Origin: Mobula hypostoma
Taxonomy: Eukaryota
DNA: 64,000 nucleotides
Assembly: GCF_963921235.1 (NCBI RefSeq)
Contig: NC_086097.1
Location: 122,204,001-122,268,000 of the forward strand
Direction of reading: 5' to 3'
Part shown: one piece after another, positions 52,603-62,335 of the stretch
Position numbering within the stretch: the stretch's first letter is position 1
Layout: every line of letters starts with the position of its first letter
Made by a program: the position numbers and the translations under genes
Notes under the pieces: generated by a model
What the model saw: the letters and a program-made list of their open reading frames with translations, nothing else
Databases searched by the model: none
What the model was told of the DNA's origin: nothing

Positions 52603-52896
52603 ACTGAAGGAAGAGTGAGTAAGGGATTTGAAAGTTGGAGGGGGAGGGGGAGATCCAAAATGATAGGAGAAGACAGGAGGGGGAGGGATAGAGCCGAGAG
52701 CTGGACAGGTGATAGGCAAAAGGGGATACGAGAGGATCATGGGACAGGAGGTCCGGGAAGAAAGACAAGGGGGGGGGTGACCCAGAGGATGGGCAAGAGG
52801 TATATTCAGAAGGACAGAGGGAGAAAAAGGAGAGTGAGAGAAAGAATGTGTGCATAAAAATGAGTAACAGATGGGGTACGAGGGGGAGGTGGGGCC

Positions 52897-53376
52897 TTAG
52901 CAGAAGTTAGAGAAGTCGATGTTCATGCCATCAGGTTGGAGGCTACCCAGACGGAATATAAGGTGTTGTTCCTCCAACCTGAGTGTGGCTTCATCTTTAC
53001 AGTAGAGGAGGCCGTGGATAGACATGTCAGAATAGGACTGGGATGTGGAATTAAAATGTGTGGCCACTGGGAGATCCTGCTTTCTCTGGCGGACAGAGCG
53101 TAGATGTTCAGCAAAGCGGTCTCCCAGTCTGCGTCGGGTCTCGCCAATATATAAAAGGCCACATCGGGAGCACCGGACGCAGTATATCAGCCGAGTCGAC
53201 TCACAGGTGAAGTGATGCCTAACCTGGAAGGACTGTTTGGGGCCCTGAATGGTGGTAAGGGAGGAAGTGTAAAGGCATGTGGAGCACTTGTTCCGCTTAC
53301 ACGGATAAGTGCCAGGAGGGAGATCAGTGGGGAGGGATGGGGGGACGAATGGACAAGGGAGTTGTGTAGGGAGCAA
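52897..53376 (-). CDS. Penelope-like GIY-YIG endonuclease domain (C-terminal part of the element ORF, frameshifted from the RT)
   Basis: CKRNKCSTC linker, 'LIYCVRCSRCGLLYIGETRRRLGDRFAEH', 'PVATHF', and 'LQPDGMN'. Confidence 0.9.
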   Translation of the reverse strand: MLPTQLPCPFVPPSLPTDLPPGTYPCKRNKCSTCLYTSSLTTIQGPKQSFQVRHHFTCESTRLIYCVRCSRCGLLYIGETRRRLGDRFAEHLRSVRQRKQDLPVATHFNSTSQSYSDMSIHGLLYCKDEATLRLEEQHLIFRLGSLQPDGMNIDFSNFC

Positions 53377-54212
53377 TCCCTGCGGAATGCGGGAGGGGGG
53401 GAGGGAAAGATGTGCTTAGTGGTGGGATCCCGTTGGAGGTGGCGGAATTTATGGAGAATAATATGTTCAACCCGGAGGCTGGTGGGGTGGTAGGTGAGGA
53501 CCGGGGGAACCCTATTCCTAGTGGGGTGGTGGGAGGATGGAGTGAGAGCAGATGTACGTGAAATGGGGGAGATGCGTTTAAGAGCAGAGTTGATAGTGGA
53601 GGAAGGGAAGCCCCTTTCTTTAAAAAAGGAAGACATCTCCCTCGTCCTAGAATGAAAAGCCTCATCCTGAGAGCAGATGCGGCGGAGACGGAGGAATTGC
53701 GAGAAGGGGATGGCGTTTTTGCAAGAGACAGGGTGAGAAGAGGAATAGTCCAGATAGCTGTGAGAGTCAGTAGGCTTATAGTAGACATCAGTGGATAAGC
53801 TGTCTCCAGAGACAGAGACAGAAAGATCTAGAAAGGGGAGGGAGGTGTCGGAAATGGACCAGGTAAACTTGAGGGCAGGGTGAAAGTTGGAGGCAAAGTT
53901 AATAAAGTCAACGAGTTCTGCATGCGTGCAGGAAGCAGCGCCAATGCAGTCGTCGATGTAGCGAAGGAAAAGTGGGGGACAGATACCAGAATAGGCACGG
54001 AACATAGATTGTTCCACAAACCCAACAAAAAGGCAGGCATAGCTAGGACCCATACGGGTGCCCATAGCTACACCTTTAGTTTGGAGGAAGTGGGAGGAGC
54101 CAAAGGAGAAATTATTAAGAGTAAGGACTAATTCCGCTAGACGGAGCAGAGTGGTGGTAGAGGGGAACTGATTAGGTCTGGAATCCAAAAAGAAGCGTAG
54201 AGCTTTGAGACC
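53340..54212 (-). CDS. Penelope-like reverse transcriptase (partial)
   Basis: 'QTKGVAMGTRMGPSYACLF', 'FLRYIDD', 'LPFLDL', 'YYKPTDSHSYLDYSSSHP', and 'SQFLRLRRICS'. Confidence 0.92.
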
Positions 54213-54267
54213 TTTGACTCCCCCTCCCCCTCCAACTTTCAAATCCCTTACTCACTCTTCCTTCAGT

Positions 54268-54305
54268 TAGTCCTGACGAAGGGTCTCGGCCTGAAACGTC
54301 GACTG
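54268..54305 (+). ncRNA. Putative minimal type I hammerhead ribozyme in the inverted pLTR
   Basis: TAGTC-CTGACGA-AGGGTCTCGGCCT-GAAA-CG-TC-GACTG. It has the CUGANGA and GAAA cores, stem I TAGTC/GACTG, a short stem II, a palindromic ACGT stem III, and a GUC cleavage triplet. Confidence 0.7.
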
Positions 54306-55572
54306 CACCTCTTCCTATAGATGCTGCTTGGCCTGCTGCGTTCACCAGCAACTTTGATGTATGTTGCTTGAATTTCTAGCATCTGCAGAATTCCTGTTGT
54401 TTGCGGAAAATTGCTCCAACTGTTTTTAGTTGTACAAATTGTAAATCTGTGGCTGTTCTCTTGAATAATCACAATCATTGAAAATTACTTCCAGCGTTGC
54501 CACAGCATATTTTCAAAGTATGTCAGTGGTAAAAAGAGCCAATTTAATGAAAGGTCAATGGACCAGTTTAGAAGTACCAATAGTTGCCTTAAAGGATGAT
54601 TATACATATAAACGATGGTCATGTTCTGTCCTTTCAAAAAATTAGTCGACATTTTGAAGGAAAAAGAATCAAATTGAAAATGCTCCACATTTGCACAGCA
54701 AAACTGATAATGTGTAGTTTACCACTGACAATATTATCTGTATGTGGAGTTCATTGCAATAAAGAACTTACATTCCTGGCATTAACACATACAAAATGCT
54801 GGAGGAACTCAGCAAGTCATGCAGCATCTATGGAAAGGAATAAACAGTCGACATTTAGGTATGAAACCTTTCTTTGCGATGGGGAAGGAAAGGAGGGAAG
54901 AAGCTGAAAGAAGACTGGATTTAGCCTGATAAAAGGTGTTGATCAAAACATCAACTGTTTATTCCTCTCCAGAGATGCTGCCTGAACTGTTAAGTTCATC
55001 CAGCATTTTGTGCATGTTACACTGGATTTCCAGCATATGCAGAACTCTTGTATTCTTGACATTAATCTATTTCATAGTACCCAAATTAATATCATCTGAT
55101 ATTGATAATTTATAGTCAGCACAGAATTCTGGAACACAGGTGACAAAAATGATGAATTTTCACGGCTAACTACTTCTTTCTGTGAACTAATCAAGATGCA
55201 GATCATTGACAATTTCGCTGCTTCCCTCATGGAACTCATTATTGAAATAGCAAATTAAAATCTGCTTACATGGTGTACTGTGCAGCAGACCAGCAAATGA
55301 CAATAACAAATTTGTAACACAGTACATTAATAATAGTTTCTTCTGGCTTAAAATTATCCTGCAAGGTTCCACACTGAAGGCATTTTATACTCCAGGCACT
55401 TCTCCAGATATCGGTATATTACCAGAGTGACATACGTATTCCCTCCCCAGTGCCTGGATCAGGAATGACAGTGAACTGCTACAGGACATTCTGAATGGGG
55501 GAGGTGCTGCAAACAGCCAGAATCCCTACCTCACTACCAATGGCTCTTGAGATTAATCCTACATTTGACGTG

Positions 55573-56291
55573 CATTTACTGGCCAATTTATTAGGTACCC
55601 CCTGTAGCATCCACTTCAAGGTTCAACATGCTGCACATTCAGAGATGCTCTTCTACACACCACTGTTGTCTGTTGTTCCTTTCACACCTTGTGGCATATC
55701 GGGTGGCATTTTTACCGTTTCTGTAGCATTTCACTGTTTTTTTTTATGAGGCCGGGTTGCTAGCTTGATACTCAGCCCAGCACAGATGGTAAGGAGCCGG
55801 CTGGATTCGAACTCGGGACCATTCGCCTTGAAATCTGGTGCTGATGCCACTGCACTATGGGCCGGCACACCACTGTTGGAGCACGTGGTTATTTGAGTAA
55901 CTCACTTTCCTGTCAGCATGAACCAGACTGGCCATTCTCTTCTGACCACTCTCATTAATAAGATGTTTTGTCCTGCAGAATGCTCTTGTTTGGATGTTGT
56001 TTTGCACCATTCTCCAAAACCTCTAGAGAATGTTGTGTGTGAAAATCCCAGGAGATCAGCAATTTCGGAGATAAACAAACCACCACATCGGGCACAAACA
56101 ACCATTCCATGGTCAAAGTCTCTTAGATCACATTTCTTCCCCATTTTGATGTTCGGTCAGAACAACAACTGAATCTCTTGACCATGTCTGCATGCTTTTA
56201 TGTATTGAGTTGCTGCCACATGATTGGTTGATGAGATATTTTGCATTAGGGAGCAGGTGTATAGGTTTACCTAACAACGTAGCCACAGAGT
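55573..56291 (-). mobile_element. Tc1-like non-autonomous element interrupted by a SINE
   Basis: ORF 55902-56144 'MGKKCDLRDFDHGMVVCARCGGLFISEIADLLGFSHTT' and TIR remnants. Confidence 0.82.
55669..55866 (-). mobile_element. tRNA-derived SINE with 12-bp TSD
   Basis: The minus strand reads GCCGGCCCATAGTGCAGTGG (A box) ... GAGTTCGAATCC (B box) ... ggaacaacagac tail. ACACCACTGTTG is present at 55657-55668 and 55867-55878. Confidence 0.85.
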
Positions 56292-56424
56292 TCACAGAGA
56301 AATCTTGGGGTGTAAGTCCATTGGCCAAAAATGGCAAAACACATGGATATGGTGGTACCTGGCATACCTGCCTTCACTGGTCAGGGAGTTAAGCATATAA
56401 GTCAGGATATCTTGCAGCAGTCAG

Positions 56425-56935
56425 GTGAAGGATCATCGCTACGTCAACCACAATTGACAGGATCTCCATGGTGGCCAAATATCTCAATTCCATTTCCCAT
56501 ACCCACATTAGCATGCCTGTCCATGGCCTCTTCTACTGCCAAGACGAGGCCAGATACAGGTTGGAGGAGCAACACCTCACATTCCGTCCTGGTACTCTCC
56601 AACCTGACAGCATCAACATTGATTTCTCTAACTTCTAGTAACCACACCCCTTTATTTTTCCTCATTCCTGTGGCTCCCTCATGCCATCTCTTCCCTCCCC
56701 TGCCCTCCCAACCTTTCCATCATGTTGCTTTGGTTCACAACTCCTTCCCTTTATTCCATTGTGTACTGTCCTTTCTTCCATGATTCCTTCTTCATCAGTC
56801 TTTTGCCTCTTCTACCTATTACCTCTCAGCTTTTTCTAGTCCTAATGTAGAGTCTCGGTCTAAAATGTTTACTGTTCATTCCTCTTCAAAGGTGCTGCTT
56901 GTCTGGCTGAGTATCTCCAGCATATTGTGTGTTAC
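56425..56935 (+). mobile_element. Old Penelope-like 3' fragment
   Basis: HGLFYCQDEARYRLEEQHLTFRPGTLQPDSINIDFSNF is homologous to the GIY-YIG C-terminus at 52897. Confidence 0.8.
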
Positions 56936-57053
56936 TTTTTCTAATGTTTTTCTGTGTAACCAATATGCTTTGCAACTCCAAAACATAAAACTAACCAAAA
57001 GAGCCAGGAATAACATGTCTAACTTTGTTTTTACTTTAAGCAAGGTGCACACA

Positions 57054-57960
57054 TGTAATGACCTGGTTCACATCTTTACTGTTACGCTGTAGGTATTTCA
57101 TTTAGCAGTTCTGTAAGAGCTACTGTTCTGCTGTCAGCCTGTTTGGGTTATTGTTGAAGAGAAGAGCTGATAAGGAATATGTACCATCCAATTAAGATGG
57201 TAGAACTGAGGGGAGATTTTTCTGGTGAGGGACACTAAGGTTGGGTTTGGGGCTTTTGTTTGGTGGGAGATGAGGACAGAAGGCACTGAGGAGAACCGGT
57301 CGTAGGATACAACTCAGTGGGAGGCCTGTTTGTTCGAGATAGTTTGTGGGCGACGTTCTGAAGGTGGTGTGTGCTTTCATGTTGACCGAAGGCCCAGTGC
57401 GTGATTGACAGAGAAGTTCAAGATCAGCTCCAACTTGTGTACATTTGACTGTTAGTTAGAAAACGCCCTTTTTGTTATTCTTTACTAACCCTTTAGTTAA
57501 GATTCATAAATATAATTCCTTTAGTTGTATGCAGTGTACTTCTGTTATTTTGTGGCAATAGGTACAGAGGAGATGTCAGGGGTAAGTTTTTTATGCAGAG
57601 AGTGGTGAGTGCGTGGAATGGGCTGCCGGCGGCAGTGGTGAAGGAGGCGGAAACGATAGGGTCTTTTAAGAGACTCCTGGATGGGTACATGGAGCTTAGA
57701 AAAATAGAGGGCTATGGGTAAAGTCTTGGTAGTTCTAAGGTAGGGACATGTTCGGCACAGCTTTGTGGGCCGAAGGGCCTGTATTGTGCTGTATGTTCTC
57801 TGTGTTTCTATGTTTCTATTAATTTGGAACAAGGTAGCAAATTACACTGCATCTACACAAACCGGGGTTTGGGGTGGGAGAGCCCTCAATTTCATGAGTT
57901 TGGTGGGACCGGAGAGTGTCTTCCCTAGACTTACACAGCCAATCAAACCGGGAGGTTTCA
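57054..57960 (+). mobile_element. Solo LTR related to 6299-6850, carrying a nested CR1 3' fragment
   Basis: TGTAATGACC...GGTTTCA termini with flanks CACA and CAGA. It shares ttctttactaaccctt, gtgtacttctgttattt and tgtcttccct blocks with 6299-6850. Confidence 0.75.
57561..57818 (+). mobile_element. CR1 3' end fragment (same subfamily as 4495-6176)
   Basis: Closely similar to 5920-6176, with a tttctatgtttcta tail. Confidence 0.9.
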
Positions 57961-59485
57961 CAGATATGACATGGTGGCATAATAACATATGCCATTCACA
58001 TAGTTCTACATACAGCCCATAATAAGTTATGTAAACAACAAAGAATGCTTAATCAAACAATATATTTACTCAAGTATTACTGAAATATTAAATACACAAC
58101 ACCCAAAGACTAGAGGATTGACAAAAAGGGAGAAAGAGATCGACAATATAATTACAGGCCAGGCAGACTAATACCAGTACTGAGGAAACTATTACAGAAA
58201 TAAATTTAAGTTGTAGTATAAATTATTAATTAGAAAAGCAAAGATTAATTAAGAACAGTCAGAAGGTAGAACACTAAAGGATGTTGAAGTGTGATTAATG
58301 ATTCAATTTCTTTTTTGTGTAGGTAAAAGAATATCAATGAGAAAGCTACATTTGATATGGTCTATGTGTATTTTAGTTAAATTATTTAGTGAAGTCTTAG
58401 GCAGCAGTCAGTAAAGTGAAAATCCATGAATCCAAGAAAAATACTAATTTGAATCAAATATTGGCTCTGGAATCAAATGAGAATGGCCTAGGAATTTTTT
58501 AATAATTGGAGGGATTTGTTCTATTAGAGTCTTGTTGAGCTCAGTTTTAGGGCCTTTCCTCTTTTTTTAGTACGCTTCAAAATTCAGGATTTAAATGAAA
58601 AGTTGTTATGCAAATGACACAAAGGTTGGTCTTGTGATAGATGCCTGCAGAAAAACACCAATAGATTGGTTAGTGGGCACGAACTTAACCAGACCAAGGT
58701 TGTGTTCTTTCAAACAAGGAAGACAGAGTGAAAACTGAGCGGGGCTGAGACAGAATTGTTAGCTCGGTACAATTCCTCATGGATACTAGACAGGGGTTAT
58801 AGAGCTACAATAAGTAACTAGACGGTGGGAATGATACATCTCCCTCCCCTTTCTCTCTTATTCCATTCCCCACTCTGGTTCCCCTCTTGCTCTTCTCTGC
58901 TCTTTACCTACCTATCACCTCCCTCTGGTGCCACTTCTCCTTCCGTTTCTCCCATGGTCCACTCTCCTCTCCGTTCAGATTACTTCTTCTTCAACCCTTT
59001 AGCTTTTCCATCTATCACCTCTCAGCTTTTCACTTCATCCTCCCTCTCCCACCCATCCACCTTCACCCCTCTCCTGGTTTCACTTATTGCCTTCTAGTTT
59101 ATACTCCTTACGCTTTTTATTCTGAATTCTTCCTCCGTCTTTTTCAGACCCGATGAAGGGTTTTGGCCCAAAATAGCGATTCTTTATTCCTTTCCATATA
59201 TGCTGCATGACCTGCTAAGTTCCTCCAGCAATTTGTGTGTATGCCTCTAAATAATATATTTTCAACAGACGACACTCAAGTTTTATAAATCACCGATAAA
59301 AGAATGGATGTTAAGAGTCAAGCATTCTCAGAACAATTAATAAGTTATTGTATATATTATTGGACAGGAGCTCCATGTTAGTGTAGCGGTTAGAGAAACG
59401 CTATTACAGGTCATGGCATCACAGTTTGGAGTTTAATTCTGATGTCTTCCGTAAGCAAAATTTGTACGTTCCTTCCTGTATGTGC

Positions 59486-60044
59486 GTGACTTTCTGATGC
59501 CCTGATTGCTACAGTTGTAAAGTCAATAATATGCCGATACATGAGTGAAGGGACTGCCGTGCATTCCAGAGCATCTTCAATCAAATTGCTAGTATTTCTT
59601 GGGAAATTAATATCGTTATTGGTCTTGGCATGGGTGAAATGTTTGATATGTTTCTTAACTGGATGTGGAGAGTCCTAAAAAAATTTCCTCTATATTTTTG
59701 TGTCAGGAATTGTAGAGGCTGTTTGACACAAATGCAAAGAAGCTAAGGCGATTTAATGGTGAGGGATCACTCTAATAATGAACTGCAAAAGAATAAGCCT
59801 GAAAGAGCCTCTAAACAAGACAGTATGGTACTCAATGCAAGAAAACAGAGTTACAGAAGACTAGGAGAAGCTAACTGGTTGAGGCTGACTACCTTGTGTG
59901 AGAGAACAAGGATTATGGATGAGAGCTGGGTTTAAATAGGTTGCAGGTGATGAGTGTGAAATGAATGGCAAGTAAGTCCTTTTAACTGGGTGGAGACTGG
60001 GAAGTGCTTGCCTGTACCAGGCCTGATGCAAATTGCTTTTGGCC
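59486..60044 (-). repeat. Right copy of the 559-bp long-range inverted duplication
   Basis: Reverse complement of 45507-46065. Confidence 0.95.
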
Positions 60045-60876
60045 TAGATTCAGATATGTGCTTGAAATGGCTTAATTTACAAGGCGACAGATCAAGAGCT
60101 GAAAGTGGGGTAGCTCTTCTGCCAACACAGATAGGGTGGGTGGAATGAGTGAGGGAGCAACACCTCATATTCCTCCTACCTTCCAACCTGATGGCCTGAT
60201 TTTCCTTTCAGTACTTTTTTCTCTTTTTTTTTCTTTTCCCCTCCCCTTTCTCTCTTCATTCATTCCTCAATCTGGTCTTTTATCTCTTCTCCTCACCTGC
60301 CTATCACCGCCCCTCCTTCTTGCCTTTCTCCCAGGGTCCACTATCCTCAACTATCAGATTCCTTCTTCTCCAGCCCTTCACCTTTCCCAACAACCTGGTC
60401 TCACCAATCATTTTCTAGCTTGTCCTAATTCCTCTCCCCCACCATTTTATTCTGGCATCTTCCCCCTTCCTTTCTAGTCCAGATAAAGGGTCTCAGCCTA
60501 AAATTGTTCATTCATTCGACTGTTTATTCATTTTCACAGATTCTGCCTAACTTACTGAGTTCCTCTACCTTTTTGTGTGTGTGGCTTCACTCTGCACTGT
60601 AAGCAGTTAGTATTTTATTCTGACAAACAAATTAAAAGGTCAATTTATATATTTTTTCTAATTCAATCAAGTTGCACTTTAAGAGTGAATGTAATAATTC
60701 ATGATATAATATTTGATTAATATTCAGTATTTATACTTTTTCGATATCAACTGTGGTTCCTCCACTGGTGAATTAATAAAACATGTTAAACAAGTTAAAT
60801 TTCAGTGATCCTGTTTTAGATATCTATTGATGGTTGCCCAGTGGAACACAGAGTAAGACAAAGGAGTGACAAGACT

Positions 60877-62335
60877 TCAAAGTTCAAAGTGAATTTATAT
60901 ACGTGTTACCATATACTACTCTGAGATTGATTTTCTTGCAGATGGTCACAATAGAACAAAGAAATATAATATTATCAATGAAAAACTACACACAAAGACT
61001 GACAATATGCAAAAGAAGGCAAACTGTGCAAATACAAAGAAAACAAATCATTATAATAACAGACATAAAAGAGTTACACAAGTCAGATAAAATTTCTAAG
61101 AATATGCATTCATCAACAAAAACAGGATTCACCACTCCACACAAGCAGATATAATTCTGATAAGAAGTACACACCACTCAACTTAAATGAAAGCACAACT
61201 CAACAAAATAAAGAAGCTGGCACTACAGAAGAAATGGTTAACAAATGGAAGATCATGACCCTCCATGGAAGACAGCTCCACAATCTGAATAGACTAGATG
61301 GCAGCAAGAAGCATTAAATGCCTTGCTCAGAGTTAGATACCTGTTCCCACAAACAGAGGGGTTCTTTGTGGCAATACTGGATGAGGTAGTTAACACAAAA
61401 AAATCAATAATAATTATTAATACATAATAAATGACCAACACATTCAAGACTATAAGTGTAAACGTACCAAGAGAATCCAAAAACAATCCAACACATTACA
61501 GGATTCTGCAGCAGTTTAACTCAATCTGATTACTTGCACAGGCACAATCAAGTGGCAAACAACATTCACCAAAATCTTGTTTTAAAATACAAACTTATAA
61601 AAGAGACCATACCTTACTATAAATGCAAACTTGATCCAGTTTTAGAGTAAGGGACCTACAAATGATATCAGTTATTACAGATAGGACAATCCACAATAAC
61701 CGTCTGGATATAAAACAGGATAAGCAAGCAAGGACAACTTACTTAATAGATATAGCCATTCTAAACATGCATTACATACAGAAATCATAAGTGAAACACA
61801 ATAGAAATATGCTTAACTAAAAGTGGAAATTGAAAGACTATGGAATATGATCAGGTTATACATTGTCCCGATAGTTATAACTACAACTGATATCATCCCA
61901 AAATCACTGCACCATAGCATTAATTAATTGGGCCTACACAGTAATATTTATGTAAATCTCCACAAAGCCACAATACTAAAAACCACTAGAATAATCCAAA
62001 AGTTCCTAACAATTTGGCAAATAAGTGTGCTTGGCTATACATGTCCCTCAGGTTTTAACAGCTTGAGATGAGAAAAAATAATAGATGAGTAAATAAATAA
62101 TACTGAGAACATGAGTTGTAGAGTCCTTAAAAGTGACCAATAGGTTATATTCAGTGTTATGGTGCATGAAGTTCTCCACGCTGGTTCAGGAGCCTGATGG
62201 CTATAAGGTAATAACTGTTCCTGAACCTGGTGATGTAGGACCTAAGGCTCCTATACCTCCTGCCTGAAGGCAGCAGAGAGAAGAGAACATGGGCTGGATG
62301 GTGGGGTTCTTGATATGGATGCTGCTTTTTTGTCA
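60877..62335 (-). mobile_element. Rex1-like LINE 3' end split by an R4/Dong-like insertion
   Basis: 60877-61055 and 62084-62335 together are colinear with 219-740. 'LFSLLPSGRRYRSLRSYITRFRNSYY' at 62157-62345. Confidence 0.8.
61056..62083 (+). mobile_element. R4/Dong-like non-LTR retrotransposon (restriction-like endonuclease), 5'-truncated and degenerate
   Basis: Reads DKKYTPLNL, LFPQTEGFFVAILDEVVNTK, TIQHITGFCSSLTQSDYLHRHNQVANNIHQNL, TDRTIHNNRLDI...TYLIDIAI, and EIERLWN...IVPIVITTTDIIPKSL. These are the zinc knuckle, RHN and PD..D restriction-like endonuclease motifs. Confidence 0.85.

Larger units (their letters stand above)
52508..54404 (-). mobile_element. Penelope-like element (Neptune-type), 5'-truncated with inverted pLTRs and 16-bp TSD
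   Basis: Contains RT and GIY-YIG ORFs. A ~149-bp inverted repeat (52504-52652 and 54218-54366) has one mismatch. GGAAAATTGCTCCAAC is present at 52492-52507 and 54405-54420. Confidence 0.95.

Noticed and set aside
54213..54242. N-terminus MKVGGGGGVKG of the 351-aa ORF as the true start
   Set aside because: It derives from reading through the inverted pLTR junction. The element is 5'-truncated.
55795..55866. tRNA gene
   Set aside because: The tRNA-like head is followed by a SINE body and tail and flanked by a TSD. The cloverleaf is degenerate.
45507..60044. Intact Polinton/Maverick or other giant TIR transposon
   Set aside because: There is no TSD, no AG/TC-type termini, and no polymerase, integrase or transposase ORFs between the repeats. 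The interior is ordinary mixed repeats.
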